A DNA stretch of 64,000 nt, taken from positions 443 through 64,442 of the forward strand of contig CAZVQU010000002.1 in the NCBI GenBank assembly GCA_964629655.1. The letters run 5' to 3'. A program made the translations under genes and the position numbers. Positions within the stretch are counted from its first letter, which is position 1. Every line of letters begins with the position of its first letter. The DNA comes from an uncultured Planctomycetia bacterium (GTDB lineage: Bacteria; Omnitrophota; Gorgyraeia; Duberdicusellales; 4484-171). Shown here in pieces: positions 16,780 to 27,095 of this stretch. The notes below the pieces were generated by a model. The model made no database searches. It was given only the letters and a program-made list of their open reading frames with translations, and was not told the DNA's origin.

Positions 16780-17439
16780 TCAATTTTTGCTTCCAATACT
16801 GATTTCGGAAAATAGTAGTTCGGAAGTAGATTGTGTTTCATCCGAATCACTCATCAAAGCAATGATTTTTATGCTCCGACTGGGAAACTTACCAAAAGCG
16901 TTTTTATAGTCCTGGTAAATATTTCTCTCCTCTCGAACCCATTTTCCATCAAATTCCGTACCGCTTCTTATCACAATTTGCTTTATATTTTTAGCAAGTG
17001 GGCTAGTCATGATTGTACCTTCCGGCAAATCTTCATCCCAGACATACTCAATAAACCGGGAGGCAGAAAAAGACCAGCCTAAAAATATCACATAAAATCT
17101 AGCGGCATAGTCATCAATCCGAGCTGTTTTTGACGATTTATTTTTTTCGGGGAATCGGAGAACTTTCCATTTCCAGCAAATGTAGGGGTGATCTTTAGCC
17201 TTAAAGGGATAGCTTTTATAAAGCGCCGAACAGCTGGACTTACTTCTTCCGTGCAAAAAAGATTCCCCATCTTCCTCATCTATCCAGTATTCAACCCGGC
17301 CGGCAAAGATTCTTTCCCTCCAGCCCTTAAGTGTCTGTTTATCAAAACGGAAAGTTTTTAGCGTGCCTTCATCAGCAGAACCATTGGCTAACTGGCAGGC
17401 AAAAAATACAACAAACAAAATTAGCAGTAATTTCTTCAT
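16780..17439 (-). CDS. secreted protein, DUF3047-like
   Basis: signal peptide MKKLLLILFVVFFACQLANG; YVWDEDLP...IVIRSG resembles DUF3047 from memory. Confidence 0.4.
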   Translation of the reverse strand: MKKLLLILFVVFFACQLANGSADEGTLKTFRFDKQTLKGWRERIFAGRVEYWIDEEDGESFLHGRSKSSCSALYKSYPFKAKDHPYICWKWKVLRFPEKNKSSKTARIDDYAARFYVIFLGWSFSASRFIEYVWDEDLPEGTIMTSPLAKNIKQIVIRSGTEFDGKWVREERNIYQDYKNAFGKFPSRSIKIIALMSDSDETQSTSELLFSEISIGSKN

Positions 17440-17646
17440 TATAGAGGGTCCCCAGGGGCTTAAGCCACCTTTATCACAATAATTATATCACAAATCCTGC
17501 AAATTATCAATTCCGATAGTAAGTGGTTACGAAACTGGAATTTGGTGTCTATAGTAAATTGACAAAACTATGCATAAGGAGTAGATTGTTTAATGGAAAG
17601 GGGATATTTTCTCACATACAACCCGCGACCCATCAGTTAGTTACGA

Positions 17647-17772
17647 CTAGACAACCATAGAGTGCTTAAAGGCGTTTTCAATAGTTCCTTTACCAACATC
17701 TAGCCTTTTAGCGATTTCCTTGGTGGAGAGATCTAAAGGGCACAATTGTATTGCTTTTCGGGTTAATTTTTG
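17647..17772 (-). pseudogene. remnant of a LuxR/FixJ-type HTH output domain (no start, about 40 codons)
   Basis: minus-strand translation ...LTRKAIQLCPLDLSTKEIAKRLDVGKGTIENAFKHSMVV* is a LuxR-type HTH; upstream frame closes at a TAA with no Met. Confidence 0.5.
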
Positions 17773-17811
17773 TTATAAAGAGTTGTTTCGCGGAGTTGGA
17801 GATTAATCAAA

Positions 17812-18206
17812 TGAAAACTTTACTTTTAGCGATTGTAATAATTTCGCTGTTAGGCATATCTGTTTATGCGGAAGAATCAGTTAAAAATACCCAATTGGAC
17901 GAATTTATCGATATGCTTAATGTTAATTGGTATTTCAAGGGGTACGATACATCATATAAGGATTGGACTCCGTTATTAGCAAAGACAGATGGAGAACCTG
18001 TGGTATATTACGATAGTAACCTTTTTCTTATGGCATATACAAGGGAATTAGAGAAAAAATACAATGTAAAAATTGACTGTAATAATATGGCGCTTAAAGA
18101 GATTAACGAATACCTCGCTAAGCGGGCAGAAAAAGACGGCCATGATATTCTTGTAACTACTGTGATTGAAGATTTTTATTTCGAGAGAGGCCTTTTGCGT
18201 AAATAA
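17812..18206 (+). CDS. secreted hypothetical protein
   Basis: start at MKTLLLAIVIISLLGISVYA (signal peptide) preferred over the track start at 17751. Confidence 0.5.
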
Positions 18207-18298
18207 GAAGCAAAATTGACCATATGAATATACCTCTTTATCCTTTAAAAAATAAAATTATCCTCATGACTTCTTTCAGAATTCGATAAAATAATCTT

Positions 18299-19423
18299 AT
18301 GAAATTTAGTGAACTTAATTTACCACGAACTATCCTGAGTTCTTTGCAAAAAATAGGGTTTAAGGAGCTTACTCCAATACAGGAAGCAACCTACCCTGTC
18401 ATTTTGACCGGACGTGACCTCTGCGCATTGGCTGAGACCGGTTCGGGTAAGACTGGTGCTTGCGCAATTCCTCTTATCCAGAGAGTCGATTCTAAGAGTA
18501 AAACTATTCAGGGATTGGTGATTGTGCCTACCCGTGAGCTTTGTGTCCAGTACGTCGATGAAATTCACAGAATTGCACTCAAAACCCCAGTTGAAGTTTT
18601 CGCCGCTTACGGTGGTTTTGATAAGTCGATACAAGTAGCCAAAATTAAATACGGGGTGCATATTTTGGTAGCTACTCCCGGCCGGCTCATGGACTTGATG
18701 TATGACGGAGTAGTTGATTTAGTTGACGTAAAATGCGTGATTCTCGATGAGGCTGATCGGCTACTTGAAGATGGTTTCTTAGAGGGTATCGAGTTTATTC
18801 TTTCCTGCATCAGGCATGAGCATCAGACACTTTTGTTTTCAGCCACGATGAACGAGGAGACCAAAAAACTTGCTAACGATTGTCTTAAAAACCCTGAGAA
18901 TATATCGTTGATCAGCAATCGGGCTGTGCCAAAAAGTATCGAGCATAATTTTTCCTATGTTAATCAGGGAATAAAAGAAAAGGTATTTTTTGATTACTTA
19001 CGGCGCGAAAAAGTTAGTCAGGCGATTATTTTCTGCAATACGCGGCATATGGTAGATAAGCTGCATAGGGTTATGCGTAAACATTTTCGTAATGCCGAGT
19101 ATATTCATGCTGGCCTTAACCAGAGCAAGCGTTCTTCGATAGTGCGCCGTTTCCGGGCTAAAAAGATTTATTATTTAATTGCAAGCGATGTTGCTGGTCG
19201 CGGTCTTGATTTTTCCCATGTTTCCCATATAATTAATTGGGATTTTCCTCGTGTTGAGCAATATGCACATCGTACCGGCCGAACTGGCCGTATGGGCAGA
19301 AGGGGCCATGCATTATCTTTGGTAACCAGGCGTGATATTCCTGCTGTGCGGGAAGTGCTGCGTATTACTAAAATTATACCTCATTGGCTTGGCTTGAATC
19401 CATTGAGCCAGCCGTCCCGATAA
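18299..19423 (+). CDS. DEAD-box ATP-dependent RNA helicase (short form)
   Basis: Q-motif region, AETGSGKT (Walker A), DEAD, SAT, HRTGRTGR motifs. Confidence 0.85.
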   Translation: MKFSELNLPRTILSSLQKIGFKELTPIQEATYPVILTGRDLCALAETGSGKTGACAIPLIQRVDSKSKTIQGLVIVPTRELCVQYVDEIHRIALKTPVEVFAAYGGFDKSIQVAKIKYGVHILVATPGRLMDLMYDGVVDLVDVKCVILDEADRLLEDGFLEGIEFILSCIRHEHQTLLFSATMNEETKKLANDCLKNPENISLISNRAVPKSIEHNFSYVNQGIKEKVFFDYLRREKVSQAIIFCNTRHMVDKLHRVMRKHFRNAEYIHAGLNQSKRSSIVRRFRAKKIYYLIASDVAGRGLDFSHVSHIINWDFPRVEQYAHRTGRTGRMGRRGHALSLVTRRDIPAVREVLRITKIIPHWLGLNPLSQPSR

Positions 19424-19506
19424 ATTCTTCCAAAAAGCTTAAAGGTCTAAAATTCTTGCCAATAAAGAGCTTTTAGTGTAATATAGTGACCAATAAGGAG
19501 GCAGGG

Positions 19507-20028
19507 ATGAAAATTTTAGATTTGGGATGTGGGAATGCGAAAGAGGAGGGAGCTGTAGGCATAGATTACCATTCTTCTCCTGGCGTAGATGTTGTTCATG
19601 ATTTAGATGTCTATCCCTGGCCGCTGGAGAGTGATTCTTTTGATATGGTTGTCTGTAAGCATATTATTGAGCACTTGAGTAATGTGATTAAAGCCATGGA
19701 AGAAATCCATCGCATACTTAAGAGAGGTGGGGTAGTCAAAATATACACCCCTCATATTTCGAACATTATGTCTTTCAAGGACCCTACCCATAAGTGGCAT
19801 TTTACTTTGGGGTCTTTTGACTACTTCATAAAGGGTTTGCAAGAAAATGAGGTCCCTTATACAGATGTTAGTTTTGAGCTGGTAAAAAAGCAGCTGGTTT
19901 TTACTAACAATTTTTTAACACCTTTAGCAAAAGTTATCTCTAAATTATCCACGAAAACTTATGAGAAGCATTTCTGCCATATATTATCTGCCAAGGAAGT
20001 GCATATAGAAATGCAAGCAATAAAGTAG
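19507..20028 (+). CDS. class I SAM-dependent methyltransferase
   Basis: ILDLGCGN motif I; SD AAGGAGG 8 nt upstream of the ATG at 19507. Confidence 0.7.
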   Translation: MKILDLGCGNAKEEGAVGIDYHSSPGVDVVHDLDVYPWPLESDSFDMVVCKHIIEHLSNVIKAMEEIHRILKRGGVVKIYTPHISNIMSFKDPTHKWHFTLGSFDYFIKGLQENEVPYTDVSFELVKKQLVFTNNFLTPLAKVISKLSTKTYEKHFCHILSAKEVHIEMQAIK

Positions 20029-20165
20029 ATTGAGGGGGTAAGTTTAAATTCTTGCGGCAGCCAGTTTTTCTGCTAGTTACAAGCTGGGGAGGAAATTCGT
20101 TTCCAAAAAACTCTTGATTTTACTTTATAATAGCAGTATATATAGCTTAAGAAAAAAGTAATAAT

Positions 20166-21485
20166 ATGGGTAGGCCGCATAGAATTGAATACTTTTCTGT
20201 TTCAAACAAAAAGCTAATAATCTTAGCTTTATGCACATTTGGCCTTTATGGATTGTATTGGAACTATAGAAACTGGAAAGAAATTGAAGATAAAGGTGGC
20301 GAGTCAATATTTCCATTATTAAGAGGCCTTCTAAGTGTCTTATTCTGCTATGGTCTATTTAATAGAATACTTTCATCTGCGCGACTTCATGGCTTTAAAC
20401 CTCGACATTCCGCGGGTATTTTAGCTACTGCATATATTCTAATCGTATTAGCCTTAAGGGCTCCTGGGCCGCTTTGGTTTGTATATCTTCTAAACTTTAT
20501 CCCTTTAATTTATCTCCAAAGAGCCATTGTTGTAAATAACTCGTCCTTAAACCAGAACTATGTAACTAATTCAAAATTTTCAAAAATAGAAATGTTCATA
20601 AGTATTGCCGGGGGTGCGATTGTGGCATTGACAATACTTGCTTCATTCAGGCCAGTCAAGGATGATTTAGTGAAGGAATATTTTAGGAATGGAAATCTTA
20701 AAACCGAAACAGCCTACAGTAATGACATACTTGAGGGTGTGTCCAGGGGGTACTACGAAACTGGTAGCCTGGAGTGGGAGCAAGGCTATGAGAAAGGCAA
20801 AGTAGAGGGTGTAGCTAAAGCTTATTACAGAAATGGACAGATACAGGTCGCTACCAATTTTAGAGAAGGTAAAAAGCACGGGAGGTCTACAGTTTATTAC
20901 GAAGACGGAACTATTGCCCAAGAGATCTTATATAGAAATGATAAAAGAGTCAAAATAAAGGAATACGATGAATTTGGAAATTTGATAACAAAGGATTTAA
21001 AGAAGATTAGGAATGCTCTCGCGCAAGCTGATTCTGGGGATGGATTTAACCTGAAGGAGTCCTTCGAGTTGGTTAATAAAATTAGTGAAGCGGGAAAAAT
21101 TAAAGGTTTATCAAAATACAAACAGCTAGTTTACAATGGTTATGTAGTTCAGCTTTACAAGGAGGCTGTGTCATACTTAGAGAAAGAGACCTATGAGTTA
21201 TGCAAAATAAAATTAGAGGAAATACGCAGAATAACAACTGATAACTTGGAGTTGTTTGGCATTAAGCCTAATGAGTTTAAATCTTTTCTATTAATGATGT
21301 ATCAGGATATGGAAAAATATGAAAATTCTAGCTATCAGATGACTATGGATGAATTTATCAATTTCCGCAGGATATATGCAAGCATAGCAGATGAATATTA
21401 TGAGGATAGCTTTTCGGCTGAAAATATAAAAACGATATTAGATTCATACTTATTTAAGGCATTTCTAGACTTTGCTGTCGAATGA
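20166..21485 (+). CDS. membrane protein with MORN/YwqK-type repeats
   Basis: N-terminal hydrophobic region (GLYGLYW) then repeated G-x-x-x-Y-Y-x-x-G units. Confidence 0.55.
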   Translation: MGRPHRIEYFSVSNKKLIILALCTFGLYGLYWNYRNWKEIEDKGGESIFPLLRGLLSVLFCYGLFNRILSSARLHGFKPRHSAGILATAYILIVLALRAPGPLWFVYLLNFIPLIYLQRAIVVNNSSLNQNYVTNSKFSKIEMFISIAGGAIVALTILASFRPVKDDLVKEYFRNGNLKTETAYSNDILEGVSRGYYETGSLEWEQGYEKGKVEGVAKAYYRNGQIQVATNFREGKKHGRSTVYYEDGTIAQEILYRNDKRVKIKEYDEFGNLITKDLKKIRNALAQADSGDGFNLKESFELVNKISEAGKIKGLSKYKQLVYNGYVVQLYKEAVSYLEKETYELCKIKLEEIRRITTDNLELFGIKPNEFKSFLLMMYQDMEKYENSSYQMTMDEFINFRRIYASIADEYYEDSFSAENIKTILDSYLFKAFLDFAVE

Positions 21486-21512
21486 AAAAACTGAAAAGGA
21501 AGATAGATTAAG

Positions 21513-24188
21513 ATGAAAGTCGGTGACATTGGTATAAAGTGGCAGCTGATTTCAATAGCCATTCTTTTAGTTACCCTACCGGTCATTATATTGGGTGTGA
21601 TGAGCTATAACAGTGCGAAAAGAGGTATATTATATAATATCGAGAATGCGTTAAAGATCCAATGTTCAGATTGGTTAATTACTACTGAGACATACTATGA
21701 TTTGATTCAAAAGAATAAACGTTCTGCTGATGATAGAACCAGAGATATTGTAACTTCTCAAGCCATGGGAGTTTCAGAGCTGATACTTACCCATTTCGAA
21801 AAAGACACGACAACTATTGCCTTAAAAGAGCCTTTGCTCCGAGCAAAAAAGTATGAAAAAAATATGCTTCTTTATGGTTTCACTACAGATGAATTTGATT
21901 CCTATGTTGAAAAATTCGACTTAGCTGTTGGGGATATGGAAAAAACTATCGTGGAAGCAGATTCTATCGGTTTCGATACTGAGTCCATAAGGGGAGCATT
22001 AGAAGAATACATGGATCAAATGAATTTAGTAAAGTCTCGGCAAAGGGTAGAGACCGCAGGAGATCGGATAGATGGGGCGGTAAGGCTAGCCGGTGATAAA
22101 TTAGAGGCAGAATTTAGTAAAATAGCAAATAAATTGTCGGATGAAAGATTAAAAGAGCTGTTAGCGTCGACGGTTATAGGCAAGAATGGCTATATTTACA
22201 TAGTTGACTATAAGGGTAATTATATCCTTTCCAAGCAACGAGATATGGACGGAAAGAATATTTGGTATGTGCAGGACAGTCAGGGGAGATTTTTTATTCA
22301 GGATATTATTGCCAAAGGCAAGGCCTTAGGGGCTGGCGAGATTGATTACGATAGCTATACCTATAGCGATACCGGTGAAGATCAGGCTAAGGAGAAATTT
22401 GTTGCGGTAATGCGTATTCCTAATAAAGAATGGGTTGTTGGGGTAGCTATTTATCCTGAAGATTTACTAGAAGTCCATTTCGAAGAGACAAAAAAGGAAG
22501 AATTAAAGAATTTGATGGCAGAACAAAAATTAGGCCAAACAGGATATCTATATATTATCGGTGCCCGGGGAGAAAATAAAGGCCGTTACATTTTATCGAA
22601 AGACAGGAAAAGGGATCAAGAGGACATTTCTCAAATAGAAGATTCGGATGGGAACCTGTTCATCGAGGAAATAATTGCCGAAGCACCTTTATTGGAAAAG
22701 GGTGAACGTGGGGTAAGGTATTATCGATGGAAGGATAAACAGAAATCGTCATCGAGGTTGAGGATGATGACTTATGTTTATTTCAAGCCCTGGGATTGGG
22801 TTATGGGTACCTCTGTTTACTTAGACGAGTTTTTAAAGGAAATAAATCGCATAAAGAATCTGATAATTTTTGTTTGCCTCATAGCAATAGTTTTAGGCTC
22901 AGCTATGGCCTATTTATTTACATCAGCAATGACAACTACCTTTAGCAAGCTAGTTAATAAGATGAATGTCGTTGCTAAGGGAAATCTAGATGTAAACATG
23001 GAAGATGTCGAAGCTGTAGATAACAAGAATGAGATTGGACAACTGGCGAATGCTTTTAAGCAGATGACCAATAATTTGAAACAAACTACCGTTTCCAAAG
23101 ATTACGTTGATAACATTTTTGCGAATATGAACGATGCTTTGTTGGTGATTGATAAAACTGAAAAAATCAAAACAATTAATGACGCTGTTTGTGATCTGTT
23201 AGGTTACGATAAAAGTGAGATGTTGAAATATCCGATTGATGATTTCTTCCCATCGGGAACCGAGGCAGAAAGCCTAAAAAGCATTATCTCTAGGATTTTT
23301 CAAGGTGAAATTGTCGCAAATCATGAGATAGAGCTTAAAAATAAGGAAGGTGCTTCTATCGCGGTAAGTTTCAATGGTGCACCATTTAAAAATTCTGAAG
23401 GTGAGATCACCAGTGTTATTTTAGCCGTAAGAGACATCAGGGAGCTAAAAAAAGCAAGGCAAAAGCTTGAAGAAAAGATTGTTGAAGTTCAGCGGTCTAA
23501 TAAAGAGTTAGACGATTTTACTTATGTAGTTTCGCATGATTTAAAAGAGCCATTGCGTGGTATTGAGGCATTTAGCGCGTTCTTAAGTGATAAGTACAAT
23601 GATAAATTAAATAAAGAGGGAAATCGCTATGTTGAAGTTATACAAAAATCTGCACAGAAGATGCAAACTTTAATAAAAGATCTCCTAGAACTCTCTCGGA
23701 TAAGCCGCCGGAAAAAGCCCTACGAAGACGTAGATTTGAATATGCTCTTAGCAGATATAAGAGAAGACCTCACCCTGCGCTTAAAGGAAAGGAATGTTAA
23801 CCTTAAAATTCTGGATCTTCCGACTATTAAGTATGAAAGAATCAGGATAACCCAGCTTTTTACAAACTTAATTACCAACGCTATCAAATACAATGATAAA
23901 GAAGAGCCGGTAGTAGAGGTGGGTTGTGAGTATTCTACTGATAAAGAGTCAAAGTGTTATGTAAGAGATAACGGTAAAGGGATTGCTAAAGAATCTCAAA
24001 AAAAAGTATTTGATTTATTTCAACGACTAGAGGGAGAAACACAAAAAGGTAGTGGTGCGGGCTTGACTATCTGCAAAAAAATTGTAGAGGCGCACGGCGG
24101 AACTGTCTGGGTTGAGTCAGAGTTGGGTAAAGGCAGCACTTTTTATTTTACAATCCCTAAACAGATAAAAACTGATGAAAAGGCCTAA
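21513..24188 (+). CDS. sensor histidine kinase with large periplasmic double-Cache-like domain, HAMP, PAS, HisKA and HATPase
   Basis: TM1, about 420-aa extracytoplasmic region, TM2, HAMP, PAS, H-box VSHDLKEPLRGI, N/G boxes (DNGKGI, GSGAGLTI). Confidence 0.85.
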   Translation: MKVGDIGIKWQLISIAILLVTLPVIILGVMSYNSAKRGILYNIENALKIQCSDWLITTETYYDLIQKNKRSADDRTRDIVTSQAMGVSELILTHFEKDTTTIALKEPLLRAKKYEKNMLLYGFTTDEFDSYVEKFDLAVGDMEKTIVEADSIGFDTESIRGALEEYMDQMNLVKSRQRVETAGDRIDGAVRLAGDKLEAEFSKIANKLSDERLKELLASTVIGKNGYIYIVDYKGNYILSKQRDMDGKNIWYVQDSQGRFFIQDIIAKGKALGAGEIDYDSYTYSDTGEDQAKEKFVAVMRIPNKEWVVGVAIYPEDLLEVHFEETKKEELKNLMAEQKLGQTGYLYIIGARGENKGRYILSKDRKRDQEDISQIEDSDGNLFIEEIIAEAPLLEKGERGVRYYRWKDKQKSSSRLRMMTYVYFKPWDWVMGTSVYLDEFLKEINRIKNLIIFVCLIAIVLGSAMAYLFTSAMTTTFSKLVNKMNVVAKGNLDVNMEDVEAVDNKNEIGQLANAFKQMTNNLKQTTVSKDYVDNIFANMNDALLVIDKTEKIKTINDAVCDLLGYDKSEMLKYPIDDFFPSGTEAESLKSIISRIFQGEIVANHEIELKNKEGASIAVSFNGAPFKNSEGEITSVILAVRDIRELKKARQKLEEKIVEVQRSNKELDDFTYVVSHDLKEPLRGIEAFSAFLSDKYNDKLNKEGNRYVEVIQKSAQKMQTLIKDLLELSRISRRKKPYEDVDLNMLLADIREDLTLRLKERNVNLKILDLPTIKYERIRITQLFTNLITNAIKYNDKEEPVVEVGCEYSTDKESKCYVRDNGKGIAKESQKKVFDLFQRLEGETQKGSGAGLTICKKIVEAHGGTVWVESELGKGSTFYFTIPKQIKTDEKA

Positions 24189-24191
24189 ATA

Positions 24192-25385
24192 ATGAAAAAG
24201 AAATTAAAAATAATTATTGTAGATGACAGCTCTACCGATAGAGAGATAACTATGGAGTCGCTTAAGTCGGTTGAAGAGTTTGACATGGAGATGGATACTG
24301 CTCCATCGGGAATGGAGGGTTTAGAAAAGATAGGTAAAAACAGGTTTGATCTAATTATTTTAGACTACAGGATGCCGGGTATGAGCGGATTGGATTTTAT
24401 GAATAAGCTTGGTGAAAAGAAGATAGATATACCAGTAATAATGGCTACAGGAGAGAGCGATACGAGGATAGCCGTAGAAGTGATGAAGACAGGTGCCTAC
24501 GATTATGTATCTAAAGATGAGATTTTTAAAGGAGGCATGTCCTTAGTCCTTAAAAGAACTATTGAAAGATACGAAGAGAAGAAAGAAAGGCAGCGTTTAG
24601 AGGTTGAAACTAAAAAGTACGCCCAGAAACTTGAAAAGGCGAATGCGCAGCTTAAAAAACTTGATCAGATGAAAGACGACTTTGTTTCAATGGTTTCTCA
24701 TGAATTACGTACGCCGTTAACCATAATGAAAGAATTTACTTCTATTATCTCGGATGAAATACCGGGTGAGCTTACCAAAGATCAAAGAGAATACGTGGAC
24801 ATTATTACAGCAAATATAGATCGTTTAGCTCGATTGATCAATGATCTTTTGGATATTTCTAAAATTGAGGCCGGAAGAGAGGAGATAAAAAGGACATCCA
24901 CTGATATAGTTAAATTAGTCAAAGATGTGGTTGGTACGTTGAAGACGGGAGTTGATGAAAAACATATTGAGCTTAAGACTTTATTCCGCGTTCCAACTCC
25001 ATCTGTCTATGTTGATCCTGACAGGATAATTCAAATTTTTACTAATTTACTGGGAAATGCTATTAAGTTTACACCGGAAGGGGGCCAAATTACAGTCACA
25101 ATAATCGATTCAGGCAAGGAGTTAGAGTGCAGCGTTGCTGATACAGGCATAGGTATTGCGCCGGAAAACATTGATAAAGTATTTGATAAGTTCCAACAAT
25201 TTGGTCGGGTAAACGGCGCCGGAACAAAGGGAACTGGCTTGGGGCTGGCCATAAGCAAAGAGTTAGTCCAGAAGCATGAGGGTAAAATTTGGGTAGAGTC
25301 AAAAGGAGGTGAAGGAAGTAAGTTTATCTTTACTTTGCCTAAACATAGTGCCGAGCCACCTTTTAGCAATAAGGAGCGTAGATGA
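24192..25385 (+). CDS. hybrid response-regulator/histidine-kinase (REC-HisKA-HATPase)
   Basis: N-terminal receiver (IILDYRMPGMSG), coiled coil, H-box VSHELRTPL, ATPase G-boxes. Confidence 0.8.
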   Translation: MKKKLKIIIVDDSSTDREITMESLKSVEEFDMEMDTAPSGMEGLEKIGKNRFDLIILDYRMPGMSGLDFMNKLGEKKIDIPVIMATGESDTRIAVEVMKTGAYDYVSKDEIFKGGMSLVLKRTIERYEEKKERQRLEVETKKYAQKLEKANAQLKKLDQMKDDFVSMVSHELRTPLTIMKEFTSIISDEIPGELTKDQREYVDIITANIDRLARLINDLLDISKIEAGREEIKRTSTDIVKLVKDVVGTLKTGVDEKHIELKTLFRVPTPSVYVDPDRIIQIFTNLLGNAIKFTPEGGQITVTIIDSGKELECSVADTGIGIAPENIDKVFDKFQQFGRVNGAGTKGTGLGLAISKELVQKHEGKIWVESKGGEGSKFIFTLPKHSAEPPFSNKERR

Positions 25386-25744
25386 AAAAAAGAATTTTAG
25401 TAGTGGACGACGAAGTAGAACTTGTTAAAGCAATACGGGTTAGGCTTGAACACGTTGGCTATGAAGTTTCAGTTGCCTATGATGGTCCCGAGGGCTTAGA
25501 AAAGTCTAAACTAGAAAAACCGGATTTAATTCTTTTGGATGTGATGATGCCCGGCCTGGATGGATTTGAGGTATTAAGTAGGCTAAGAGCCAATCCGGAG
25601 ACTCAACATGTGCCAGTAATAATGCTTACTGCAAAAGGCGATACAGAGTCTATGTTTAAAGCACACGATCTAGGCTCAACAGATTATTTTATTAAACCAT
25701 TTGATACAAAAGAACTGTTAGATTTTATTGAAAGATATGTTTAA
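25382..25744 (+). CDS. single-domain response regulator (CheY-like)
   Basis: 120-aa REC domain; paralog of the 15941 gene. Confidence 0.8.
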   Translation: MKKRILVVDDEVELVKAIRVRLEHVGYEVSVAYDGPEGLEKSKLEKPDLILLDVMMPGLDGFEVLSRLRANPETQHVPVIMLTAKGDTESMFKAHDLGSTDYFIKPFDTKELLDFIERYV

Positions 25745-25768
25745 TTTGTACCGAAGGAGAATGTTGCA

Positions 25769-26143
25769 ATGGTAAGGAAAAGGATATTGGTGGTTGAAGA
25801 TGAGCGCGAACTGGTTAAGGCTTTACAGATTAGGTTAGAGGCGGCTGGATATGACGTCCTGGCTGCTTACGATGGTCAAGAAGGATTGGCCAAGGCACAA
25901 AACGAGGAGCCGGATTTGATCATTCTGGACTTAATGCTACCCAAATTAGACGGATATAAGGTTTGCCGGATGCTTAAGTTCGACGATAAGTACAAGAAAA
26001 TTCCGATTATAATGTTAAGTGCAAGAGCCCAGGAGTCAGATAAAAAGACCGGTTATGAAACCGGCGCCGACGCCTACATCACTAAGCCATTTCAGCACAC
26101 GATTGTACTGGCTAAAATAAAAGAATTACTCCTTGAAGAATAA
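25769..26143 (+). CDS. single-domain response regulator (CheY-like)
   Basis: 124-aa REC domain. Confidence 0.8.
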   Translation: MVRKRILVVEDERELVKALQIRLEAAGYDVLAAYDGQEGLAKAQNEEPDLIILDLMLPKLDGYKVCRMLKFDDKYKKIPIIMLSARAQESDKKTGYETGADAYITKPFQHTIVLAKIKELLLEE

Positions 26144-26160
26144 CTAATGAAAAGAATCCA

Positions 26161-26580
26161 ATGGCTAAGGTAAATAAGCCTAAGCAGGAAGCATTGTTGG
26201 AGAAAATGCATGAGTTGAAGGTTTATGAAAAAGACATTATTGAAAAGTTTATCCGTTCTCAAGGCAAAGGTGGGCAAAAGGTTAACAAGACATCTTCCTG
26301 TGTGTATTTAAAGCATAAACCAAGCGGAATTGAAGTAAAGTGTCAGAGGGAGCGTTCCCAAGCCCTAAATAGATTCCTGGCCAGAAGAATCTTAGTTAAT
26401 AAAATTGAAACCCTTGTTAAAGGAGAGGTTTCTGCTGAACAAAAAAGAATCGAGAAAATAAGACGCCAAAAGCGCAAGCGTTCAAAGCGAGCAAAGGAAA
26501 AAATGCTAAGAGATAAGGCAAAAAGAAGCCAAAAGAAAGAGCAACGTTCCTATCGGCCTTCAACCGATCATTTAATTTGA
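26161..26580 (+). CDS. arfB: ArfB-type peptidyl-tRNA hydrolase (GGQ-domain ribosome rescue factor)
   Basis: SQGKGGQKVNKTSS GGQ motif and basic C-terminal tail, as in ArfB/YaeJ. Confidence 0.65.
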   Translation: MAKVNKPKQEALLEKMHELKVYEKDIIEKFIRSQGKGGQKVNKTSSCVYLKHKPSGIEVKCQRERSQALNRFLARRILVNKIETLVKGEVSAEQKRIEKIRRQKRKRSKRAKEKMLRDKAKRSQKKEQRSYRPSTDHLI

Positions 26581-26638
26581 ACTCTCTCTAAAATCTGATA
26601 CAATATTTCTACCTGGAGACTGAAAAAGGAGCAAATAT

Positions 26639-27019
26639 ATGGGCAAGGACAAGATCGATCGGCGAAGATTCTTAAGAATAAAATTTCCTTTCACTATACA
26701 TCTTTATCCCATTGGAGAACAACCAATTTCTGCTTATGCCGAAGACATTAGCACTGGCGGAGTTAAAGTTACGATTCATCAAGATCTCAAGGTTTCTTCC
26801 TTGGTTGGTTTAGAGATTTACGTTAAGTTAAGACCAGTAGTCTGTGAAGGGAAAATTACCTGGATAAATAGACGCGAGAGTGATTTTCTCGAGGGCGAAA
26901 TTTTCTTTGATACCGGAATAGAGTTTCAAGGATTAAAGCCCGAGGGGGAAGAGGCTATTAAAGAGCGTTTGGATAGGATAATACAAGAGAGAAGGGCAAA
27001 GGAAGAGACTAGGGTTTAA
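26639..27019 (+). CDS. PilZ-domain c-di-GMP binding protein
   Basis: RRRFLR and DISTGG match the RxxxR / DxSxxG PilZ motifs. Confidence 0.7.
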   Translation: MGKDKIDRRRFLRIKFPFTIHLYPIGEQPISAYAEDISTGGVKVTIHQDLKVSSLVGLEIYVKLRPVVCEGKITWINRRESDFLEGEIFFDTGIEFQGLKPEGEEAIKERLDRIIQERRAKEETRV

Positions 27020-27095
27020 CCTTTGCCTCGAAGATCGCTAAAAAACACTACTACCTTATAATAGACCCTTCCAAATTTACCAAAATGTGTAAATT

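Noticed and set aside
17751-17811. Track start at 17751 for the secreted protein
   Set aside because: It overlaps the LuxR-HTH remnant on the other strand. The internal Met at 17812 begins a canonical signal peptide.
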